64,000 nt of DNA from a virus (lineage: Duplodnaviria > Caudoviricetes): the IMG/VR virus record IMGVR_UViG_2706796725_000001, positions 1-64,000 of that record, one strand, 5' to 3'. The notes beneath the pieces are model-generated. The model saw only the letters and a program-made list of their open reading frames with translations, searched no databases and had not been told where the DNA came from. The number at the start of each line of letters is the position of its first letter. Position 1 is the first letter of the stretch. A program made the translations under genes and the position numbers. Of this stretch, positions 1-8,381 are shown in pieces.

Positions 1-576
1 ATGAGTTTGATTAAAGACCTTCCCCAAGACATTGATGATGACCTTATCAACGAACTCTATACGTATGCAAAACAAGCAGTTAAGAAATATCGCAGCATGA
101 TTATCAAGGCTAATGTTGACAAAGAAGATATTGTTCAAGACGTTGTGTTAAGAGCATTACGTTATTACCCAAAGTTTCGTGGGGATTGTAAGCTGCGTTC
201 ATGGGTGTTTCTGATTGCACGATCCCACTTAGTCAACTGCACCAATCGTAGACGGTTTGATCAGAACGCTGAAATCACCACCTCTCTGTACGATACCTTC
301 ACCTTTGATGATGGTGGTAGTGTTGGTTCGTATGAAGAATACCTTGCCTCAGAGAATCTTGAAGATGAATTAATCAGAGAAGAGGCAATGTTAATCCTTG
401 AGAAAGTTGAGTATATGAGCGATTCAGGGTCTATACCCTTGAATGTTCTTGCTGAGAGTGTTTTGAAAGGAGATTCTTTCAAGGATATTGCTAAAGAACA
501 TGGCGTACCTGTAGACGAGGTTAAACATTTATTCAATCAAGTACTAGAACATATTGGAGAGATACACAATGCCTAG
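1..576 (+). CDS. Phage-encoded RNA polymerase sigma factor (sigma70/ECF-like)
   Basis: Region-2-like segment 'EDIVQDVVLRALRYYPKFRGDCKLRSWVFLIARSHLVN' and C-terminal HTH 'GDSFKDIAKEHGVPVDEVKHLF'. Confidence 0.75.
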   Translation: MSLIKDLPQDIDDDLINELYTYAKQAVKKYRSMIIKANVDKEDIVQDVVLRALRYYPKFRGDCKLRSWVFLIARSHLVNCTNRRRFDQNAEITTSLYDTFTFDDGGSVGSYEEYLASENLEDELIREEAMLILEKVEYMSDSGSIPLNVLAESVLKGDSFKDIAKEHGVPVDEVKHLFNQVLEHIGEIHNA

Positions 577-1012
577 ATATATCACCCCCAAACCTGGACG
601 AGATAAAGGGATGGGGTATGCAATCAAGAATGCTGTAACAGATTTAGACCGTACACAAGCTTTCAGCCTGCTTGCTGATCAGATTATTGGTGAGATTAAG
701 CTGGCCCTAAAGAAACACCCAGAAGGGATTATTTACGAGTACAACGTGAATGAGAGACGTTACGTTAAAGGGAGCATGGGTGCAATTGTTGAGCCAATCC
801 TGACCACCTTTCAGAGTTTGTGGTATGTAGATGTGAAAATCTCTTCACACTCTATTAATCATAAGTCTGTTGATACACGCCTGATGGTTATTTCATTAAG
901 GCTTAAACCAACCAGTACAGAGAAAGGTGTTAACTGGGTGTTAGCAAGACATACCGATGTGTATGTTCCTGAGTATTATGGAGGTAAGGTAGATGCCGAA
1001 GATTCTGAATGA
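569..1012 (+). CDS. Hypothetical protein
   Basis: ORF with GGAG RBS at 556-559 before ATG 569; overlaps the terminase start. Confidence 0.6.
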   Translation: MPRYITPKPGRDKGMGYAIKNAVTDLDRTQAFSLLADQIIGEIKLALKKHPEGIIYEYNVNERRYVKGSMGAIVEPILTTFQSLWYVDVKISSHSINHKSVDTRLMVISLRLKPTSTEKGVNWVLARHTDVYVPEYYGGKVDAEDSE

Positions 1013-1229
1013 CGCACCTGATCCCGTTGTAAGGGAATTGGGGAAGAAGCTGCAAAGGCTTAGGCAAGAGAATCCAGCAGAGTTAAAGCGAATACTAACG
1101 CAAATGTCGCCTGAAGAGGCTCAATCAATACTGTATGACGAGGATTATTGGCTTAGGGATGCTCAACGTCTTCGTTTCGATAATCCAACATTGAGAATAA
1201 TATTATTGCTCACAGGGCGTGGTTTCGGT
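993..1229 (+). CDS. terL: Terminase large subunit, exon 1
   Basis: Ends in LLLTGRGFG, the first part of Walker A; joins in frame to AAA ACC (KT) at 1479 to give GRGFGKT. Confidence 0.9.
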
Positions 1230-1478
1230 TAAATGGTAGCCGCTTCAGATCGTGAGGTCTGTCGAATAACCCCGTTAATTCAGGGGAAGTCTCTCTGAGA
1301 TAATCCTGAGCCTAGGATCACTAATCTGATTCGGGTGCAACGACTAATTGTAGGGTCAAGTGACTCGAAACGCGGGGAATCTCTTAGGAGATTGTGATAT
1401 AGTCTGATCTGCATGGCGACATGTAGCTGCCAAAAGGATTGGCGGGGAAGGAATTAACGACCCTTCTTGAACATTATG
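1230..1478 (+). mobile_element. Group I self-splicing intron (249 nt, no internal ORF)
   Basis: Exon ends in U and intron ends in G. P4 TTCAGG(1279-84)/CCTGAG(1305-10); P7 GACTA(1342-46)/TAGTC(1400-04); P9 CTGCATG-GCGA-CATGTAG(1409-26); IGS GCCG(1239-42) pairs with exon CGGU. Confidence 0.9.
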
Positions 1479-2669
1479 AAAACCTATACCATGTGTGCAA
1501 ACTTGAAACGTGCCGTAGAAAGGCACAAAGTCACAAAGATGATGCTAATAGCACCAACGCAGAGGGACATACGTGCAAATATCTTTCCTCAGCTTGTTGC
1601 TATGTATCCTGAAGGTCATCCTAACATGCCTCAGCTAAAGATTTCAACGATTCTTTGGCCTAAAACGGGGGCAGAGTGTGTGCTTGTACCATCATCAGCA
1701 GGACCAGATGCTGTACGTGGGTATAACAATGAAATGTTGATCGGTGATGAGGTGTGTTTCTGGGAGAATGAGGAGGAAATCCTAACACAGGCAATGCTGA
1801 CACTACGTTCCAGCCCAGCAATCTGTATGCTTGCAACAACACCAAAGGCTACACCGAACTTGTTGAATATTCTGAATGATTACAATAGTGGTGATAAAAG
1901 CATACATATCGTCAGGGGTAAAACCTCAGATAATGCTGCCAACTTGAACGAAACATTCTTAAAGACGATGTACAGCAAATACGAAGGGACAGCATTAGGG
2001 AAGACGGAGCTTGAGGGGGAGTTGATCCTGACAAACCCAGATGCCTTGGTCCAACGTGCTGATATTGATAGGAATATGTGCAGCAGGGAAGACATGCCAC
2101 AATTTGAGGAAATTGGTATTGGCTTGGACATTGCCTTGATTTCTGATAAGAATAGTATTGGGAAGGCCAAACACGGACGTAAACCTGACTCAACAGGTAT
2201 TGTGGTATCTGGTGTGGATGAACATGGAGTGATATACACCTTGGATAATTTCTCAGGAAGATATACACCTCAAGATTGGGCAAGGAAAGTTGCCACCTTG
2301 TATGATCAGTATGTGCTTACAGGTCATCGTGTTAAGGTGTATATCGAGAGTAACCAGGGTGGTAGGGAGCTGATTGAGAATGCCTTCGATAATGTGGGTA
2401 GGTCTGATGTGGGAAGGATTGCTAAGTATGTGTTTAGTAAAACAAACAAGATGCAGCGATTGCTTCCTTATGCCCTTATGATTGAGCAGGGTAAGATCAA
2501 GTTTAACAAGGATGGAAAAGACTTAGAGCAGCTATACCTTGAGTTGACATCCTACACAGGAAAAAGTGGGCAGAAGTCTCCAGATACATTGGATGCGGCT
2601 GTGTTCAGTTGGAGCTTGATTTCACCGATCAAGAAGAGTTATTCAAGGGAGTTTGAATTGTTGTTCTGA
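1479..2669 (+). CDS. terL: Terminase large subunit, exon 2 (spliced product 475 aa)
   Basis: Walker B 'LIGDEVCFW'; RNase H-like nuclease motifs 'IGLDIA', 'PDSTGIVV', 'IESNQG', 'SPDTLDA'. Confidence 0.9.
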   Translation, partial: KTYTMCANLKRAVERHKVTKMMLIAPTQRDIRANIFPQLVAMYPEGHPNMPQLKISTILWPKTGAECVLVPSSAGPDAVRGYNNEMLIGDEVCFWENEEEILTQAMLTLRSSPAICMLATTPKATPNLLNILNDYNSGDKSIHIVRGKTSDNAANLNETFLKTMYSKYEGTALGKTELEGELILTNPDALVQRADIDRNMCSREDMPQFEEIGIGLDIALISDKNSIGKAKHGRKPDSTGIVVSGVDEHGVIYTLDNFSGRYTPQDWARKVATLYDQYVLTGHRVKVYIESNQGGRELIENAFDNVGRSDVGRIAKYVFSKTNKMQRLLPYALMIEQGKIKFNKDGKDLEQLYLELTSYTGKSGQKSPDTLDAAVFSWSLISPIKKSYSREFELLF

Positions 2670-2743
2670 ATGCTTGACAGGGACAACTGGGATGTGCAAC
2701 TATAAGCCTGACAGAATTGTTGGGCTTAATTTTTATTGGAGAT

Positions 2744-3175
2744 ATGAAAATGAATACATTTAAGAAAGGTGATCGGGTTAAGAAGATTAGTGGGTGTTAT
2801 TTTAGTAATGGAGAGCTTACAACACTCATAACCGGTATTTCAGACGGTAAAGTCTTCTTTGAAGATGGGATGTTCGATCATGAGGAGTATATGGGAGAAT
2901 ATTGCTTGGTTGAACCTGAAACCGAATACCCAAACCCACCCCACAAACATCGTGATGTAATCATTACATGGGAGAATGGGGCTAAGGTGGAGTTTTGGAG
3001 TGACATTAATTCAAAGTGGGTTGCACTTACAAACCCATCAAGAGCACATTGGGATAGAGAGCATTACCGAGTCAAACCATCTGCAACGTCTCAACAAGAA
3101 GAAATTGAGAAAATTGAATCTGAGATGCGTGGGTTGGCTGAACGTTTGAACAAACTTAAAGGGGAAATATTATGA
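2744..3175 (+). CDS. Hypothetical modular protein (PHKH-x-DVI-x-x-W module plus C-terminal coiled coil)
   Basis: ORF with GGAG RBS; shares a module with 48981..49427. Confidence 0.6.
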   Translation: MKMNTFKKGDRVKKISGCYFSNGELTTLITGISDGKVFFEDGMFDHEEYMGEYCLVEPETEYPNPPHKHRDVIITWENGAKVEFWSDINSKWVALTNPSRAHWDREHYRVKPSATSQQEEIEKIESEMRGLAERLNKLKGEIL

Positions 3176-3387
3176 GTGTTCTGATCATATTATTGGTGAT
3201 ATTTAGTGCAATATCTGTGATGAGTATCTTTTATTGCTTTGCAGATGATTTCTCTGGAGGAAGCCTTGTCATCTTAATGGGGTGTATTCTTATGTGTGTT
3301 CTAATCACATTTGCGATGTACGAGGTAAGTACTAAGTATGTTCTGAAGGGTCAGTGTGCTGAAATTATTGTAGAGGAACTCAAATGA
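3172..3387 (+). CDS. Small membrane protein
   Basis: Two hydrophobic segments; ATGA-type overlaps with both neighbours. Confidence 0.55.
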   Translation: MSVLIILLVIFSAISVMSIFYCFADDFSGGSLVILMGCILMCVLITFAMYEVSTKYVLKGQCAEIIVEELK

Positions 3388-3851
3388 CAATCTTCAACGA
3401 CTTAGCTACCTCAATCATTGCATCAGTCCTTATGTCAGGAACACCTCTTGAATCTTCCCTCGAAGATTTAACCTGCATGACTGAAGCAATCTATCACGAA
3501 GCGCGTGGAGAAGACCTCTACGGACAAATGAAGGTGGCTAATGTTATCATGAATAGGGCTGAGATCGCCTACAGAGGCCGTACAAGCGTTTGTGATGTGG
3601 TGGTTGATCCTTATCAGTTTTCCTACAGAAATGGCCGTAGAAGCGTTCCTGTGAAGCCTCAGAGTCATGAATCGGATAACTTCAAGCAAATTGTAGCATT
3701 GGCTAAGTTGGCTGTAGACGGAGGTTTGCCAGATTACACAAATGGGGCTTTACATTATTATGCTCAGGATGTAGTATATCCGAAATGGTCTGATGAAGCC
3801 TCATTTGTAATGGTTTATGGTGGGCATACGTTTTTGTCGGGGGTAAGATAG
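3384..3851 (+). CDS. Cell wall hydrolase, SleB/Hydrolase_2 family
   Basis: 'CMTEAIYHEARGE...VANVIMNR...VCDVVVDPYQFS...GALHYY...YGGHTF'. Confidence 0.88.
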   Translation: MTIFNDLATSIIASVLMSGTPLESSLEDLTCMTEAIYHEARGEDLYGQMKVANVIMNRAEIAYRGRTSVCDVVVDPYQFSYRNGRRSVPVKPQSHESDNFKQIVALAKLAVDGGLPDYTNGALHYYAQDVVYPKWSDEASFVMVYGGHTFLSGVR

Positions 3852-3871
3852 GAAATATTCTCATAAAGTGC

Positions 3872-3900
3872 TTGACAAAATAAACGTTGTCTGAAATAAT
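3872..3900 (+). promoter_or_regulatory. Sigma70-type promoter upstream of the RNA cluster
   Basis: TTGACA(3872-77), 17 bp spacer, AATAAT(3895-3900). Confidence 0.65.
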
Positions 3901-3952
3901 TACTAGGCTTATTTATAAACACCGCGCCCCATCAGTCGGTTATCTGGTGGGA

Positions 3953-4081
3953 ATCTTGGAAGGCTCTGGTACATGGAGCAGTATGAGGTTCGATTCCTCT
4001 AACATCTATAAGATGTTCCGATCTGGAGACGGATTAAGACTTACATTGTTGGTTCAAATCCAACCCAGAGCCTTCCAAGAT
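3953..4081 (+). ncRNA. Structured tRNA-like RNA with two T-loop arms
   Basis: Perfect 17-bp closing stem 3953-69/4065-81; T-arms GAGG-TTCGATT-CCTC (3985-99) and GTTGG-TTCAAAT-CCAAC (4048-64); CCA at 4075-77. Confidence 0.65.
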
Positions 4082-4370
4082 GCAATACGGGTATGATAGA
4101 CCCTTATGGAGGTCTTGATCACCTATTAGGTATCTGTATTAGTTTTAATAGAGGCCGTATTTAGTGCAGTCCAATCTTATGCGATGTTAAACCAATATAG
4201 ATATTAACTTTGCATCATCGTTGATACCAGCATTCAACGTGGCGGATGGCAACCGGCGATAAACAAACGTTACGGCAGGGATAAGCTGGGAACATGAAAG
4301 TGTTCTCCCTGCCAGCTTCAACATGACCCAGCCCTCTTCCCTCATTTGGGTACGGTTGGGTTTTTAATAA

Positions 4371-4471
4371 GGGCTCGCATACGGCAGCACTAACTGGTGG
4401 TTTTCTTGACAGAAGTGGTTCATCCTTTGCCCCAGTTGGCGTGGTAGGTGGAAATCCTACAGAGTCCATCA
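4371..4471 (+). ncRNA. tRNA-like RNA (about 100 nt) with acceptor-like stem and T-arm
   Basis: GGGCTC/GAGTCC end stem, CTAACTGG/CCAGTTGG internal stem, T-arm GTAGG-TGGAAAT-CCTAC. Confidence 0.5.
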
Positions 4472-4479
4472 TTTTAAAT

Positions 4480-4566
4480 GCCCTTTGTTCCTGACAGCAG
4501 TCTTCTAAACTCCTCCCTTAAAGTTAGGTGGATGGTGAGAGGTTCGATTCCTCCAAAAGGGGGCCA
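4480..4566 (+). tRNA. Atypical tRNA-Arg(UCU)-like gene lacking a D-arm, with long variable arm
   Basis: CCCTTT/AAAGGG acceptor, anticodon loop CT-TCT-AA (4502-08), T-loop TTCGATT, encoded CCA at 4564-66; only 10 nt between acceptor and anticodon stems. Confidence 0.6.
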
Positions 4567-4568
4567 CT

Positions 4569-4645
4569 GGGCGTATAGCACAACCGGTTAGTGCATCGGA
4601 CTCATAATCCGGAGGTTACAGGTTCAAGTCCTGTTGCGCCCACCA
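4569..4645 (+). tRNA. tRNA with CAU anticodon (elongator Met or Ile2; not initiator)
   Basis: Full cloverleaf: GGGCGTA/TGCGCCC acceptor, loop CT-CAT-AA, GGTTCAAGTCC T-arm, ACCA end; G1-C72 paired and no GGG/CCC anticodon stem. Confidence 0.93.
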
Positions 4646-4662
4646 TTCCTAAAACATTCCCT

Positions 4663-4691
4663 TGACTTCCCCACAAAACTTCCATACACTC
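4663..4691 (+). promoter_or_regulatory. Sigma70-type promoter
   Basis: TTGACT, 17 bp spacer, TACACT upstream of the macrodomain gene. Confidence 0.6.
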
Positions 4692-4722
4692 AACTCTGAA
4701 CAATTAATCAGAGGAACTAGAA

Positions 4723-5202
4723 ATGGAAACACGTAAAGGTTGTATCATCGAAGCACTAAAACAAGGTGAAGTAGACTACATCATCCACCAAGTAAATTGC
4801 CAAGGTGTTATGGGTAGTGGTTTGGCTAAGAGTATCAAGAGAGAATTCCCTAGACACTTCAAAACCTACATGAGTATTTGTGAAGGTGCGGAACACGTAC
4901 AAATCCTTCTGGGATCATCTTTTTTAAGAGATCGTGTTATTGGGGTTTTCGGGCAAAACTTCTATGGAACAAGGTCAAGACATACGAACTATGCAGCCCT
5001 TTGTAGCGGCATTGCTCTGGCACTAAAAGCATGTAATGAAAGAAAAGACTACGAAAAATATTCTATAGGCATTCCTTACAAACTTGGCTGCGGACTTGGA
5101 GGAGGAGACTGGGAAGTGGTAGCACTACTTATCAACGACATCGGTAAGATGTTCCCCAATGTTGAATTTGTTGTATACAATAACGAGGGAAAACGATCAT
5201 GA
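4723..5202 (+). CDS. Macrodomain protein (ADP-ribose hydrolase, DarG-like)
   Basis: 'IIHQVNCQGVMGSGLAKSIK' and 'IPYKLGCGLGGGDWEVV'. Confidence 0.85.
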   Translation: METRKGCIIEALKQGEVDYIIHQVNCQGVMGSGLAKSIKREFPRHFKTYMSICEGAEHVQILLGSSFLRDRVIGVFGQNFYGTRSRHTNYAALCSGIALALKACNERKDYEKYSIGIPYKLGCGLGGGDWEVVALLINDIGKMFPNVEFVVYNNEGKRS

Positions 5203-5982
5203 AAATCACAATAGAAATACCACCAGAGGAAGTATCAAGCATCCTCTCTTTCAATACAGAGTTTGCCGCAGTTATCACAAAAGCTGTAACAGAGCAATGT
5301 GTGAAGCAGAGCATGGAGATTAATCAGGGAATTATGGGAGAAATGTTCCCTTGGTTGAAAGGAGGTAAGGTATGATTAATAAAAACAAATGGCAACTTAC
5401 AGAAGAAGAGAATAGTGCATTCATTTGCCAACTAAACTCTAAAGGTTCTAATCGTTGGTTTTGTGGTGTTCAAGCTGGTTGGGAAGATGATGGATTAAGA
5501 ATTTCTGAAGGAGAACTTCACAAGATTGCCTTGAAAATGGCTGCTGCGGAAGAACTCTATAATGCGATTGCAGACCTTCTACATGATGAGAGTGAAGACT
5601 GTATTCCTACAAGTTTTTGGAGAAATGCTTATGATGCCTACATAAAGGCAGGGGGTGGAGGGTGACATACAAAACAACACCGAAGCATGAGAACCTAATT
5701 CTCCACATGATTAAGCCTGACAAGTATGATGAGGAAGAATATCACGACCACCGTTTCTTTGAAGATTTGATGCAACACTACTTCCTGTATGCTGATTGGA
5801 AAGGATGCTGGCACAAAGATGATAAGAAATACCAGAAGAAAATGCTGAAGAGTTTGTTCTTCGTAATTGAGGGCTTACTGAAGGGTGATGATTTGGCTGT
5901 CATGCAACGGTTTCATGTTATCGTGATGAAACATGGGTATGACGGGTTGAATAAGTTCTTGGATGGAGAAGATGCTTACTAG
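5199..5982 (+). CDS. Three small overlapping hypothetical ORFs (5199-5375, 5372-5665, 5662-5982)
   Basis: Coupled start/stop overlaps with GGAG(G) RBSs. Confidence 0.6.
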
Positions 5983-5985
5983 AAA

Positions 5986-6010
5986 AAGCCCCTTAATTGG
6001 GGCTTTTCTT
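5986..6010 (+). terminator. Intrinsic terminator
   Basis: AAGCCCC-TTAATT-GGGGCTT followed by TTCTTT. Confidence 0.8.
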
Positions 6011-6066
6011 TGCCTACAATTCCTGCTAATATCCTCACAACACAATCTTAAAACGGGAAACTTAAA

Positions 6067-6513
6067 ATGACTCGTATCAACTTAATTGACCCATCTCTTC
6101 TCACAGATCAACACCTGTTGGCTGAACACAGAGAAACCACACGTATCCCGAATACAATCAAGTCTGGAAAGGCGAAGGTTGATAAGGTATCTCTGGCTAA
6201 AACACCTTACAAATATACGCTTGGAACAGGACATATAAAGTATTTCTATCGAAAATTATCATGGCTGAAGAAGCGTTATGAGGATGTTACAGAAGAGTGT
6301 ATACGCAGAGGATTTAATGTAAAGAATATTTGGCCTGAAGGTTTGGAACAAGATTTTCCACACTTATTCTTGGATAGAGATGTTGTGACAGAGGAATCCT
6401 TAAAGATTAATGTTGAAAGAGTGTTGCTACGGTTCCCTAAGTCTGCTAGGATGCGTGGAGATAGAGTTACATTTGATGAATATTTGGAGGTGTTGGATGG
6501 AAAATGCGTTTAA
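6067..6513 (+). CDS. denV: Pyrimidine-dimer DNA glycosylase (T4 endonuclease V-like)
   Basis: N-terminus 'MTRINLIDPSLLTDQHLLAEHRETTRI' matches the T4 DenV pattern; 'YTLGTGHIKYFY'. Confidence 0.9.
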   Translation: MTRINLIDPSLLTDQHLLAEHRETTRIPNTIKSGKAKVDKVSLAKTPYKYTLGTGHIKYFYRKLSWLKKRYEDVTEECIRRGFNVKNIWPEGLEQDFPHLFLDRDVVTEESLKINVERVLLRFPKSARMRGDRVTFDEYLEVLDGKCV

Positions 6514-8381
6514 ACCAGATTGGGAAAATATGCCTGAAGGGGCGGAGGTTTGGATTGAGGACTTGAAAGAAAAATCAATGTCAGGTTGGTACTGGTATGA
6601 CTCTCATGAGGGATGTTACAGACATGTAGATTTCAACCAATCTATTAATTACGAGTATACGACTAAGTATCCAGAAGAGTTCATCATCACTCTCCCACCA
6701 AACCACCCTTCAAAAGGGTTTGCCCTCAATGACCGTGTAGCAACCTCTGTTGGGGAAGGGTTTATCAAGACATTCGTAGTGAACACCTCATCAGAATCTG
6801 AGGCAATTGTTCAGCTTGCTGATGGTTGGTTGGCTGTTCCGATTAGTGAGCTGAAACGTCCTGTTGAGGTGGGGAAGGTTTTTGGTAGTTTTATTAGAGA
6901 GTCAATGTGCAACGTTATGACAGACAGTGCTGTGAATAATTGGTTTATTGAAAACCTGACAGAACAGCAGAAGAAAGATTTCATTGAAGTGTTTTGGGAG
7001 GAATATGGGGATGAGTAGCAATATAGCAGATTTATATGAGCAACTATTTGGTGAAAAACAGCAAAAGGAAGCTTACAAAATGGAACACCACCAATTTAAC
7101 GGAAGGGTTGGAGGAAAAGCCTATTGCACACGTTGCGGATTGGTATCTCTCAATAACAGTTTCACCAGATGGGCTGCTGACAAGGGTTGCCTTAATGAGT
7201 TACATCCAAGTTATAAATCTCAAAGGAATAAGTCTGGAGGAATTTGATGAGTAAGTCTGGAGCAAACCACACTGAATCTAAGAAAGCCTTACTTGAGGAA
7301 ATAAACAGACTTAAGAAGAAAGTCTTTGACCAGAATAGAGAGATACACAGTCTCAAACAAGATATTTACTTCAAGGAGAGGAGTATTAAACTTCTTAGGG
7401 AAGCTATCGTGACCAAGGTGAGGGAGGAATTTGATGGGTAAGTTTGACAGTTACAATCTACTTGAGCTTAAAGCTAGACATGAATACTTGAAAGAATGTG
7501 CTAAGGCGTATCTGAGCAAGTATCGTCAGGAAATGCTTAATGTTGCGCAGGTTGAGGAAGAGATTGAGAGACGTATTCAAGAGGGGAAATTGGAGGGGAG
7601 GTATAAATGAAAATTCTTAAATTTGTACTGTTTTTACTGGCGTTGACTTCAATAACGATGGGGATATTTCAGGCACAGTCTGGATTCGCTTTAGTGTATT
7701 TTGCATTCTACTTGACCTATTGCCTAATATTGGTGACTATCTATATCATAGAGTGGATTATCTACGAAGTCTTATCAGAAGTTAAGAAGGAAACTGAACT
7801 ACAAAGAGGAATTAAGAAATCTATAGAGAGTCTGAGAGGACTGGGAGAGGATAAATGAAAACAAACATCTATTTCAAAGAACTGGATAAGCAAGGAAATC
7901 CAACTCTACGTATCTTTGAGTCTGAAGATGTTATCACGCAACCTGAAGCGTTGGTGTTAATACAAGAACAGGGACTAAAAGTGGTGGATAATCGTTTGAT
8001 GGTGACGTATGAAGGTGAAGAAGGATGACTAAAAGATATGATCCGTGTGAGGTGACATTGAGGGCAATCAAACCTAACCCTAAGTTGTTGGCTAAAATGG
8101 GTATCCCAGATTATAAACAAAAGACTATGCAGGATTTGTATTCACACCTAACCTCTGTTTTGAACAGACCAGATATGTTCCCCAATCCTGTTGAACAGAT
8201 TGAAGCATTAGAATACGCCATACAGATTCTTTGGGGATTTGATCCAGATAGAGGCAAGCACACATACTGGCACAGGATTGAAGGGTGTAGTTGTGGTGGA
8301 TCGGACAGTGATGATATGTTTGGGACAGGGTTGAGGTGGATTGATAGTGGGTGCAAATGGCATGGAGGGTGTAATGAGTAG
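6497..8381 (+). CDS. Run of small hypothetical ORFs (6497-7018, 7011-7247, 7247-7441, 7607-7858 membrane, 8025-8381 Cys-rich)
   Basis: Tightly packed co-oriented ORFs with purine-rich RBSs. Confidence 0.55.

Noticed and set aside
1467-1478. Independent start of a 400-aa terminase ORF
   Set aside because: These bases are the intron 3' end (the ATG's G is the terminal G). There is no well-placed RBS, and the product would lack the Walker A glycines.
4274-4318. HDV, hammerhead or pistol ribozyme call for the pseudoknot
   Set aside because: No P4/J4-2 catalytic C, no CUGAUGA/GAAA core and no pistol consensus; kept only as an unclassified structure.
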